Shown: piece after piece, positions 30,962 to 39,253 of the stretch
Layout: every line of letters starts with the position of its first letter
How positions within the stretch are numbered: the stretch's first letter is position 1
From: Syntrophorhabdaceae bacterium
GTDB taxonomy: Bacteria > Desulfobacterota > Syntrophorhabdia > Syntrophorhabdales > Syntrophorhabdaceae
Reading direction: 5' to 3'
Length of the DNA: 64,000 bases
NCBI GenBank assembly: GCA_963666485.2
Contig: CAXXUO010000001.1
Coordinates: 1,280,001-1,344,000, forward strand
Translations under genes and position numbers: made by a program
The notes under the pieces: generated by a model
What the model was told of the DNA's origin: nothing
The model's input: the letters and a program-made list of their open reading frames with translations, nothing else
Database searches by the model: none

Positions 30962-31072
30962 CTATTTCTCTGTTTTTTCTTCTACTTTGATCTTTTTCTT
31001 TTTAAGGCGTGTCTTGCCTGTCGAGCCGCGCCATATTTTTCCTCTTTTCGTCCGTTTGTCGCCTTTACCCAT
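30962..31072 (-). CDS. thx: 30S ribosomal protein Thx family (36 aa; not in the ORF track)
   Basis: MGKGDKRTKRGKIWRGSTGKTRLKKKKIKVEEKTEK; strong AAAGGAG RBS. Confidence 0.88.
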   Translation of the reverse strand: MGKGDKRTKRGKIWRGSTGKTRLKKKKIKVEEKTEK

Positions 31073-31233
31073 GCTTTTTGATCTCCTTTCCGGCGTTCTT
31101 TGCCGTTTAGACTGCCCGGCTAAAATTTCTTAGCGTAGGAGGCGGGGAAAAGTCAACCCTTTTTGCAGAAGACCCCCGTGTTGACGCCTTATAAGCCCGG
31201 GACGGGCGGAAAAAAAGTGCCTTTTATGATAAA

Positions 31234-31428
31234 ATGAGCCGTATGATCGTTCGGTTCATTTGTGCTAAATACCTCGCGGGAGAATGCAGGGATGACGAGG
31301 TGGAGACATGCGAGCACCGTCGGCCCCATCGCGCGTCCATCGTGTGCAACGACCCCCTGATCGTATGCGATGACGGGTCACCCACCCGGTGCATCCCCGT
31401 TCTCGATGCCGACAATATCGATGAGTGA
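31234..31428 (+). CDS. Small Cys-rich hypothetical protein
   Basis: 64 aa, 6 Cys, acidic; fills the intergenic gap; no clear RBS. Confidence 0.4.
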   Translation: MSRMIVRFICAKYLAGECRDDEVETCEHRRPHRASIVCNDPLIVCDDGSPTRCIPVLDADNIDE

Positions 31429-31491
31429 TCCCTTAAAATAGTACAGCGCGCCGCGGGTTGTGTTATAGTAATTCTTCCCGGACCAACCGAT

Positions 31492-32874
31492 ATGGACCAG
31501 ACTGCAAGCCTGAAAAGAAATGCTCTCCTCGCCGCTGTCCTGAGTTCGTTCCTTGGGCCTTTTATCGCCTCGTCCATCACCGTCGCCCTGCCCGCCATAG
31601 GCTCCGACCTTTCCATGGATGCGATATCGCTTGGCTGGATCGCGACCGCGTATCTTCTTGCTGCCGCGGCATTCCTTGTCCCCGTGGGAAGGGCCTCCGA
31701 TATCTACGGCCGCAAGAGGACCTTCATCTGGGGGATGGTGCTGAGCATCATCTCTTCGGCCCTCGCCGCTTTTGCCACATCCGGCGCGTGGCTCATCGTC
31801 TGGCGGGTGGTCCAGGGCATAGGCAGTTCCATGATCTTCGGCACCGGCATAACCATCGTGACGTCCGTCTACCCCGTGAATGAGCGGGGCAGGGCCCTCG
31901 GGATAACCCTCACGTCCGTCTATATCGGCCTTTCCGCAGGCCCTTTCATCGGGGGCGTCCTGACATCGGCGTTCGGCTGGAGGAGCCTTTTCGTCGTCAA
32001 TGTGGTGATCGGGCTGACCGTTGTCATTGTGACCCTGTGGAAGATCAGGGAAGAATGGGCCGAAGCAAAGGGTGAACGGTTCGATATCACGGGCTCGGTC
32101 CTTTATGCCGGTGCATTTACTGCCGCGATGTACGGATTGACGCTGCTGCCTTCAGCGAACGGCTTCTTTTATCTTGCGGCCGGCGTTGCGGGATTTGTCC
32201 TCTTCTGCCTCTGGGAACTCAGGTGCGCCCACCCCGTCCTCGAGATCCGCCTCTTCCTGAACAACAGGGCGTTCCTGTACTCCAACCTCGCGACGCTGAT
32301 CAACTACAGTGCGACCTTCGCCGTTACATTCCTGATCAGCCTCTACCTGCAATACGCGAAAGGGTTGAGCCCCCGGGCTGCGGGTCTTATACTGATCTGC
32401 CAGCCGTCAATGCAGGCCGTCCTGTCGAGCTATGCAGGCAGGCTCTCGGACCGGGTCGAGCCGCGCATTGTTTCATCGTGCGGCATGGCCCTGCTTACGA
32501 TCGCCCTTATCATCTTCGGGTTTATCGGCAGGGATATGCCCCTTTCGCTCATTATCTTCAACCTTCTCTTCCTCGGCTGCGGTTTTGCGCTTTTTGTCTC
32601 GCCGAACACAAACGCCGTCATGAGTTCGGTGGACAAGAAGTTTTACGGGGTCGCGTCAGGGACACTGGCGACAATGCGGGTCGTCGGCCAGACCTTCAGC
32701 ATGGGCATAGTGATGTTCATCTTTACGGTCTTTATCGGGAAGGTCCAGATCGCTCCCCAGTACTACGAGCAGTTTCTCCGCAGTATCCGGGTCGTGTTCT
32801 TTATATTCGCTTTCCTGTCGTTTCTCGGCATATTCGCGTCGCTCGCACGGGGGCGGATCCGCACCGGCTCCTGA
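31492..32874 (+). CDS. MFS transporter, DHA2 (EmrB/QacA-like)
   Basis: VALPAI, GRASDIYGRK, GPFIGG..WRSLF; many TM segments. Confidence 0.92.
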   Translation: MDQTASLKRNALLAAVLSSFLGPFIASSITVALPAIGSDLSMDAISLGWIATAYLLAAAAFLVPVGRASDIYGRKRTFIWGMVLSIISSALAAFATSGAWLIVWRVVQGIGSSMIFGTGITIVTSVYPVNERGRALGITLTSVYIGLSAGPFIGGVLTSAFGWRSLFVVNVVIGLTVVIVTLWKIREEWAEAKGERFDITGSVLYAGAFTAAMYGLTLLPSANGFFYLAAGVAGFVLFCLWELRCAHPVLEIRLFLNNRAFLYSNLATLINYSATFAVTFLISLYLQYAKGLSPRAAGLILICQPSMQAVLSSYAGRLSDRVEPRIVSSCGMALLTIALIIFGFIGRDMPLSLIIFNLLFLGCGFALFVSPNTNAVMSSVDKKFYGVASGTLATMRVVGQTFSMGIVMFIFTVFIGKVQIAPQYYEQFLRSIRVVFFIFAFLSFLGIFASLARGRIRTGS

Positions 32875-32931
32875 GATATCCGCTTAGCATCACCCGATAA
32901 GTGCCAACACATTGCCGCGGCCTAAAAACCC

Positions 32932-33181
32932 CGTCATACCCGCTTTGAGGCTGGGTCACAATTACCCCCCCCGCCGTCATCCCGGCCCCCGAGCCGGGAC
33001 CCAAGGTTTTTCTTTTCGGTTTTTCAAGAATTAAGTAAAAACGACAAACATAAGTAAAAACAGAACCTTGGGTCCCGGGTCAAGCCCGGGATGACGTCGG
33101 CAATGTAACGTCGGCATCTAAAATATACCCTGTTTGGATGCCATTAACGAATTGCGACACAGCCTCAAAGCGGGAATGACG
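32932..33181. repeat. Nested inverted-repeat element (REP-like plus MITE-like)
   Basis: Outer 32-bp IR (32932-32963 / 33150-33181, 3 mismatches); inner inverted pair of gtcatcccgg palindromes (32975-33008 / 33064-33096). Confidence 0.75.
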
Positions 33182-33266
33182 AAGGGTAGGGGGTATAATT
33201 TTCGTACACTATATGCTAGCGGTCTCTTGGTGCATGACGGCGTGGCACAGAATATACAATTACCAA

Positions 33267-33713
33267 TTACCTCGTGAGCAGCACCGGGCACCGGGCCTTC
33301 TTCAGCACGTTTCTCGCCACGGAACCGACAAAATATTTTGCAAGCCCGCTCTTTCCGAGAGACGCTATAACGATAAGATCGAAGCCCCCGGCCTTCTGTT
33401 GCCGGAGTATCTCTTCATAGGCGATCCCCTTTGCAATATCGCAGCTTACCTCGATATCGGCGGAACCCTGGCACCGGGCGACCTGCGCCCTCATGCTCTG
33501 GAAAGCGCCCTCCAGCTGTTGTTTTTCGAATGCCTCGATCGCCTGCATCGGTATCGAATAGTCCGACAGGGCATACGACAGGTCGAGTGGTATGACGTGG
33601 ATCAGGTGAAGTGCAGCATTGTACTGCCGGGCGATATCAATGCCCTGTTTCAGGGCCTGGTCGGAAGCTTCGGAAAAATCCGTCGGCACGAGGACCTTCG
33701 AAGGCCTCAGCAT
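33267..33713 (-). CDS. Universal stress protein
   Basis: VLVPTDFS...DLIVIASLG...GSVARNVLK..CPVL. Confidence 0.93.
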   Translation of the reverse strand: MLRPSKVLVPTDFSEASDQALKQGIDIARQYNAALHLIHVIPLDLSYALSDYSIPMQAIEAFEKQQLEGAFQSMRAQVARCQGSADIEVSCDIAKGIAYEEILRQQKAGGFDLIVIASLGKSGLAKYFVGSVARNVLKKARCPVLLTR

Positions 33714-33752
33714 GGCTCCCCCCTTTACGGCTATACACCGGTATGGAGCGTC

Positions 33753-34214
33753 TTAGCCCTTGGTAAGCAGAACGGGGCAGGTGGCGCCTTTGAGGACGTT
33801 GCGGGCAACTGAGCCTGTGAAGTATTCTGCGAGGCCGGTGTGGCCGAGTGAGGAGATCACGATGAGATCTATCCCTCTTTCCTTTTGATACTTGAGTATT
33901 TCCGTGACCGGGTCGCCTTTTATGACCCGGGGAAAGACCTTCAGCTGTCTGCCGGCGCCTATCTGGTCTTTGAATTCGATCATCTTGCCTTCCGCGACCC
34001 GGATGCGTGTTGTTTCCAATTCCTTTATGCCTTCCGGTGAGGCCTCTTTTCCTGCGAATTCGTATTCATACATCGTGTGGATCCTCATTTCGACGACATG
34101 AAGTATATGCAGTTCAGCCCCGTATTCCTCGGCGATATCAGCGGCCTGTTTGAGCGCAATATTGGAATAACGGGAAAAATCGGTAGGTACCAGGATCTTG
34201 GTAGGTTTCAGCAT
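33753..34214 (-). CDS. Universal stress protein (tandem paralog)
   Basis: ILVPTDFS...DLIVISSLG...GSVARNVLK; GAGGAGG RBS supports ATG 34214. Confidence 0.93.
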   Translation of the reverse strand: MLKPTKILVPTDFSRYSNIALKQAADIAEEYGAELHILHVVEMRIHTMYEYEFAGKEASPEGIKELETTRIRVAEGKMIEFKDQIGAGRQLKVFPRVIKGDPVTEILKYQKERGIDLIVISSLGHTGLAEYFTGSVARNVLKGATCPVLLTKG

Positions 34215-34271
34215 GTCCAACCTCCTCTAACCGAATTTAGGTTCTCTTGAAATAATTATAGCACAGAAAAG

Positions 34272-34630
34272 ATGGTTCAAGGTTTAAGGTTCAAGGTTCA
34301 AAGGAAAGGCAAAAAAGGCGATTCACGATTTAATATTCGTGGGTTAGTGAAGGGAAAGAAAAGATGGTTCCACGTTCCAGGTTCCACAGTTCCACGAAAA
34401 GGCAAAAGGCGATTTGAGGTTCAATGAAGGGGGAAAAAGACGGTTCTAGGGGCGAGCAAAAGGACAACGGCAATACTGTCTCCCTCTTTTTTAGGGGGAT
34501 ATTGCCCAAAGAGCGTCTCCTTTTTCGTGGAACTGTGGAACCTGGAACGTGGAACCATCTTTTAACAGGTCTATGGGGGACATTACCGACCGAGCGACGT
34601 CTTTTACATTGAACCTTGAACCTTGAACCG
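34272..34630. repeat. Nested inverted heptamer arrays with a perfect 42-bp inverted repeat
   Basis: Outer ggttcaa/ttgaacc arrays; inner 34359-34400 is the exact reverse complement of 34522-34563. Confidence 0.85.
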
Positions 34631-34634
34631 TCTT

Positions 34635-36272
34635 TTAGCACGTCTGCTGCGTGCGGCACGAGAGCACTTGAGAATCACGGCTTGTATCGCGGAAGACGGT
34701 GATGCCTTTGAGGCCCATCTCCCAGGCCTTGAAGTAGATTGACCGTATATCATCCGGGGTTGCTGTTGCGGCGACGTTGACCGTCTTCGAGACGGCGTTG
34801 TCGACGTGGTCCTGAAATGCTTTCTGAATCGCTAAATGCCATCCGGGGCCGACGTCGTATGCCCGCCTGAAGAGTTTTTTCAGGCGGTCCGGGTCCAGGA
34901 TGCCGTCCATTTCCTTGTACAGGTGATCGGTCACATCCACCCGAAGCCCCCCGAAAAGTATCCGGGAATATTCAATGTCGTAGACAGGTTCGATGCCGCT
35001 CGATGTCCCTGCGAGGATGCTCAAGGTGCCGGTCGGGGCTATCGTAGTCGTAGTCGCGTTCCTCAAGGGGACATCTTTCTTCTCCCAGGTGCTTCCCGTG
35101 TAATTCGGGAACACGCCGCGCTCTTCGGCGAGTTCCCGGGAGGCGGCCTTCGATTCACTGTTAATGAAATACATCAGGTCACGCGCGGCGGTGACGGCCT
35201 CATCGGAATCGTACGGGATGCCCCTCTTTATGAGCATATGTGCGAAACCCATCACCCCGAGGCCTATCTTCCGGTTCGCCCGGGACATGTCCCGGATAGC
35301 ATCAATGGGGTATTTCCCGGCGTCGATACTGTCGTCGAGGAAACGCACCGCGTCATGGACGAGGACCTTCAGCCTGTCGTAATCCATCCGCCCCATCCGT
35401 ACGATCTTCGAGACATCTATGGAACCGAGGCAGCAGGATTCGTAGGGAAGAAGCGGCTGTTCGCCGCACGGGTTCGTGGACTCGATACGGCCGAGCTGCG
35501 GGGTCGGGTTGGACCTGTTGATCGTATCGATAAAGATAAGGCCCGGCTCGCCCGAACCCCAGGCGGACCGCGCGATAAGATCGAGAAGGTCGAGGGCCCG
35601 CACCGACCGTACGGTCCCGTTGTCCCGCGGGTTGACGAGTGCAAAAGGCCGGTCGTCCCGGCAGCATCGGAAAAATTCGTCGGTAGCTGCAACGGACAGG
35701 TTGAAGTTGGCCAGTTCACACGGGTCGTTCTTGATGGTTATAAACTCTTCTATGTCGGGATGGTCGATCCGCAGGATACCCATGTTTGCACCCCTGCGCG
35801 TGCCGCCCTGCTTGATGACCTCCGTCGCCATGTTGAACACCCGGATGAAGGATACCGGGCCGCTTGCCGCTCCCATTGTCGATCGGACGACATCGCCTTT
35901 CGGCCGCAGGCGGGAGAAGGAGAAACCCGTTCCGCCTCCGCTCTGGTGGATCTTTGCCGTCTCTTTGACCGATTCGAAAATGGAATCCAGCGAATCTTCC
36001 ACCGGGAGGACAAAACACGCCGCCAGCTGCCCCAGGTCGCGGCCGGCGTTCATCAGGGCAGGCGAATTCGGCAGAAATTCGAGGCTGTTCATCATCTCGA
36101 AATAAATGTCGGATATCCTGCGGTGCGATTCTCCATCGCGGGACCCGCTCGCCGAGGCAACGTGATCGGCCACGCGGCGGAACATATCTTCCACGGTCTC
36201 TAAGGGCATCCCTGCCTCGTCCCGGGCGAGATATCTTTTTTGAAGGACTGTAAGGGCAATATCGTCGATCAT
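34635..36272 (-). CDS. nrdJ: Adenosylcobalamin-dependent (class II) ribonucleotide reductase, short form
   Basis: PNSPALMNAG, ACFV, GGTRRGANM, TNPCGEQPL, TIAPTG, SKTVN, KGITVFRD. Confidence 0.9.
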   Translation of the reverse strand: MIDDIALTVLQKRYLARDEAGMPLETVEDMFRRVADHVASASGSRDGESHRRISDIYFEMMNSLEFLPNSPALMNAGRDLGQLAACFVLPVEDSLDSIFESVKETAKIHQSGGGTGFSFSRLRPKGDVVRSTMGAASGPVSFIRVFNMATEVIKQGGTRRGANMGILRIDHPDIEEFITIKNDPCELANFNLSVAATDEFFRCCRDDRPFALVNPRDNGTVRSVRALDLLDLIARSAWGSGEPGLIFIDTINRSNPTPQLGRIESTNPCGEQPLLPYESCCLGSIDVSKIVRMGRMDYDRLKVLVHDAVRFLDDSIDAGKYPIDAIRDMSRANRKIGLGVMGFAHMLIKRGIPYDSDEAVTAARDLMYFINSESKAASRELAEERGVFPNYTGSTWEKKDVPLRNATTTTIAPTGTLSILAGTSSGIEPVYDIEYSRILFGGLRVDVTDHLYKEMDGILDPDRLKKLFRRAYDVGPGWHLAIQKAFQDHVDNAVSKTVNVAATATPDDIRSIYFKAWEMGLKGITVFRDTSRDSQVLSCRTQQTC

Positions 36273-36412
36273 GCTGATGTCCTCGTTACATAGTACGAAG
36301 CGCCGCCGGGGGTGTCAAGCGCCGCGCCACTGTACGCGCCACTTATGGTTTTGCCAAAAATATCCTGCTGTGCTATTCTTTGCAGATCAAATAAAACTTA
36401 ACGGGGGCAGCC

Positions 36413-37618
36413 ATGAAAACTATTTCCCTGATCGCGGCAGTGGTATGTTTGGTCCTGTGCATTGTATTGCCGTCCTTCGGCGCGGAACCGATCAAGGTCG
36501 GCATCGTCGACACGTATACCGGGCCGGCGCTGACATATTCGCAGGACGTGCTGGACGGGTTCAAACTTGCCGTCGATGAGGTCAATGCGAAAGGCGGTGT
36601 GCTGGGGAGAAAGATCGAATTCGTTGTCCGGGACGATAAGTTCAAACCGGACATTGCGCTCACGATGGCAAAGGACCTTGTGTTGAAGGAGCACGTGGAC
36701 CTTATTATCGGCACGACGAACAGCGCGGCCGCCCTTGCCATATCGGACTTTGCCAAAAAGGAGAAGATCCCCTTCATCGTTACGGATGCGAAGAGCGAGA
36801 AGATAACCGGGGAAAAGGGACATCGGTACGTTTTCAACATGAATGAGAACACGGCCATGATCGGCAAGGCGACAGCGATCGTACTGGCGAAGAAGCCGTA
36901 CAAGAGGTATTTCATAGCCGGGGAAGACTACGAGTTTGGCCACGCATGCGCTGATGCGGTATGGAAGAACCTGAAGGCCCTGAAACCGGATGTGCAGCTC
37001 ATCGGCCAGTCATGGAGAAAGGTGGGTGAGGCGGACGTTGTACCCTATCTCACGGCGGTGCTCCAGGAGAAGCCGGATTTCGTCATCCATGCTTCGGGCG
37101 GAAGCGGTGTCGTGAACCTGCTCAAGACCATAAAAGCCATGGGCTTCAACACGAAGGTCCCGTCATACCAGCATAACGCCACGGAGCTTGCAGCGCTTGC
37201 ACCGCTCGGGATGGAGGCGCCCGAAGGGATAATGGGAACGAGCAATTACCATTACTATTTCCCGTCGACCCCCGAGAACAAGGCGTTCGTTGCCAAATTC
37301 CAGAAGGCATACAAGCGGTACCCGAGATCGACCGCCCTGTACGGCTATATTACCGGCCAGTTCATCGCGAAGGCGTACGAGAAGGCAAAGTCGGCAAACC
37401 GCGAAAAATTTATCGATGCGATGAGCGGTTTGTCCATCAATTCGCCTGTCGGCAAGATCGACGTGCGTTCATGCGATCACCAGGCGACTTTGCCCATGTT
37501 CTTCGGTGTGACGAAGAAGGTTGCCGGATATGATTTCCTCATCGCTTCCGATATCGTCACCATTCCCGGAAAGGACTATCTGCCGACATGCGACGAAGTG
37601 CTGAAATCGAGGAAATGA
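36413..37618 (+). CDS. ABC substrate-binding protein, branched-chain amino acid (LivJ-like) family
   Basis: Signal peptide, IKVG, VNAKGGVLGRKIE..RDD, DYEFG. Confidence 0.9.
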   Translation: MKTISLIAAVVCLVLCIVLPSFGAEPIKVGIVDTYTGPALTYSQDVLDGFKLAVDEVNAKGGVLGRKIEFVVRDDKFKPDIALTMAKDLVLKEHVDLIIGTTNSAAALAISDFAKKEKIPFIVTDAKSEKITGEKGHRYVFNMNENTAMIGKATAIVLAKKPYKRYFIAGEDYEFGHACADAVWKNLKALKPDVQLIGQSWRKVGEADVVPYLTAVLQEKPDFVIHASGGSGVVNLLKTIKAMGFNTKVPSYQHNATELAALAPLGMEAPEGIMGTSNYHYYFPSTPENKAFVAKFQKAYKRYPRSTALYGYITGQFIAKAYEKAKSANREKFIDAMSGLSINSPVGKIDVRSCDHQATLPMFFGVTKKVAGYDFLIASDIVTIPGKDYLPTCDEVLKSRK

Positions 37619-38959
37619 TCAAATATCTTTGATCTTTATGTTCGCTGCGGACCTGTCCATGTTTTGAAACAGGTTTTGCAGCGAGAGAGCTGTCGGGTCA
37701 TTGTGATCCATGGGAAGGCCGCCTACCTGGGCGGTCTTTTCATATGCATCGATGACGTCCTTGATCGTCGTGCCGCTTATCGGCCGGGCAGGCTGATACG
37801 TTGACATCCGGCGCGGACCCCGTGTTATCTCCGACACAAGGTCAACATCCACGAGGTTGAGAAGGATGTGCCTGACAAAGCGCTCGGGAATGGCGAGCTC
37901 CTTCGAGATCTGCCCCGATGTCAGGGGGTGTTGTCCGTTTTCGAACCTCATTGCCAGGAGATGGAATATGCGCAGCATGATAAGCCGCCTGCCGGATACG
38001 CCGATCCGTGAAAAATCCGGGTGAAACCCGTATGTTTCGTAATTCTCCACCGCGTTGGCCGTCTCGGCACCAAAAAGGACGATGAGCCAGCTTGTCTGGA
38101 GGTATGCGAGGAAGAGCGGGATAGCCGCGAAGCTTCCGTAGATCGCGCTCTGGGTCGTGACCCCGATCTGAAACTTTATATATGCCCATTGCACGAGCTG
38201 GATGAGGACACCCGACACGATGGCAGCTATGAGCGCAGAACGGAACGAGATCCGTGTGTTCGGCATCACGAGGAACAGGAGCACGAGCAGCATGCATATC
38301 GAGACGTAGGGAAGGAGCCTCAAGAGAAACAGTATGGGGCCTCCCAAAAACGCGATATCATGTATGAAGCCCGTGACCTCACCGGCTATGAGCACGTTGA
38401 CGCTGCTCCACAGGGCGAACAATATAGGGGCCAGCACGATCATGGACAGGTAGTCGGTAAATTTCCGGATGATCGTCCGGGACTGACGCGCCTCCCATAT
38501 CGTGTTGAAGCTTTCCTCGATCCGGCTCAATATCGAGATCACCGTCCAGAAAAGAATGACGGCCCCGAACCCGACGATAACCTCACCTTTGGCATTTGCA
38601 AGCATCGAACGCGAAAAATCGATGATCCTCGCGGTGATGTCTCCTTGCCAGTTGAGGTCCCTGCCCACCTGCATGATCTGGCGGACAATGAGCTTTTCGA
38701 GACCGAAGCCCTTGGTGATAGCAAAGAGGACCGCAAAGAGGGGGACTATGTTCAGGAGCGAATAATAGGTAAGAACGGACGCGCTGCGCTGGCAATCGTC
38801 CTTTTCAAACCTGACGGAGGCCATGATGACGATTCGCAATACGCGCAGGGCCCACGCCTTGAAGGAGGGGTACTTTTGGAGGTCGGCCTTCCAGATGCCG
38901 TTCTGCAGAAAATCCATTATCCGCGATATCATGATCGAGCCTATTACAAAATGTTCCAC
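37619..38959 (-). CDS. YihY/BrkB-family membrane protein with C-terminal winged helix
   Basis: LTYYSLLNIVP, IEESFNTIW, IYGSFAAIPLFL; start may be a few codons later. Confidence 0.88.
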   Translation of the reverse strand: MEHFVIGSIMISRIMDFLQNGIWKADLQKYPSFKAWALRVLRIVIMASVRFEKDDCQRSASVLTYYSLLNIVPLFAVLFAITKGFGLEKLIVRQIMQVGRDLNWQGDITARIIDFSRSMLANAKGEVIVGFGAVILFWTVISILSRIEESFNTIWEARQSRTIIRKFTDYLSMIVLAPILFALWSSVNVLIAGEVTGFIHDIAFLGGPILFLLRLLPYVSICMLLVLLFLVMPNTRISFRSALIAAIVSGVLIQLVQWAYIKFQIGVTTQSAIYGSFAAIPLFLAYLQTSWLIVLFGAETANAVENYETYGFHPDFSRIGVSGRRLIMLRIFHLLAMRFENGQHPLTSGQISKELAIPERFVRHILLNLVDVDLVSEITRGPRRMSTYQPARPISGTTIKDVIDAYEKTAQVGGLPMDHNDPTALSLQNLFQNMDRSAANIKIKDI

Positions 38960-39253
38960 ATACCGGGGTTCCAGTCAAGAACGATCCGGTGCTTCCCCGG
39001 GATCACCTTGCCCTGCCCGGTGCACGCGCAAAGCCGAATGGTTTGTCCAGCCTGCTGATGGGTTACTATATCGGAATATCATTCCCAATTGAAGCATATT
39101 GGTTTTTTTATTCAAAATCAATGGGTTAGCCTGTTGCCCGGCAAAAAAATCTTGTTTTTCTTTTGGTAAAACAGGTCATAAAGGTATACAATAAAAATCA
39201 AAATCGGTCCTGACCATCGAATTTTTTACTTTTATTGGGGGGTATTTTTTTCT

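Noticed and set aside
34330..34659. Short ORFs within repeat regions (34330-34659, 34424-34612, 58243-58485, 25326-25541, 9956-10459)
   Set aside because: Their translations simply reflect the repeat sequence (e.g. VELWNLER, RHSGLPESS); not credible proteins
36273..36412. Cobalamin riboswitch upstream of nrdJ (also sought upstream of the core methionine synthase)
   Set aside because: The regions are short and no B12-box-like sequence was recognised
39116..39128. IHF-consensus match (AATCAATGGGTTA) upstream of fdhA implying sigma54 control
   Set aside because: No convincing -24/-12 motif nearby; a short AT-rich match can arise by chance
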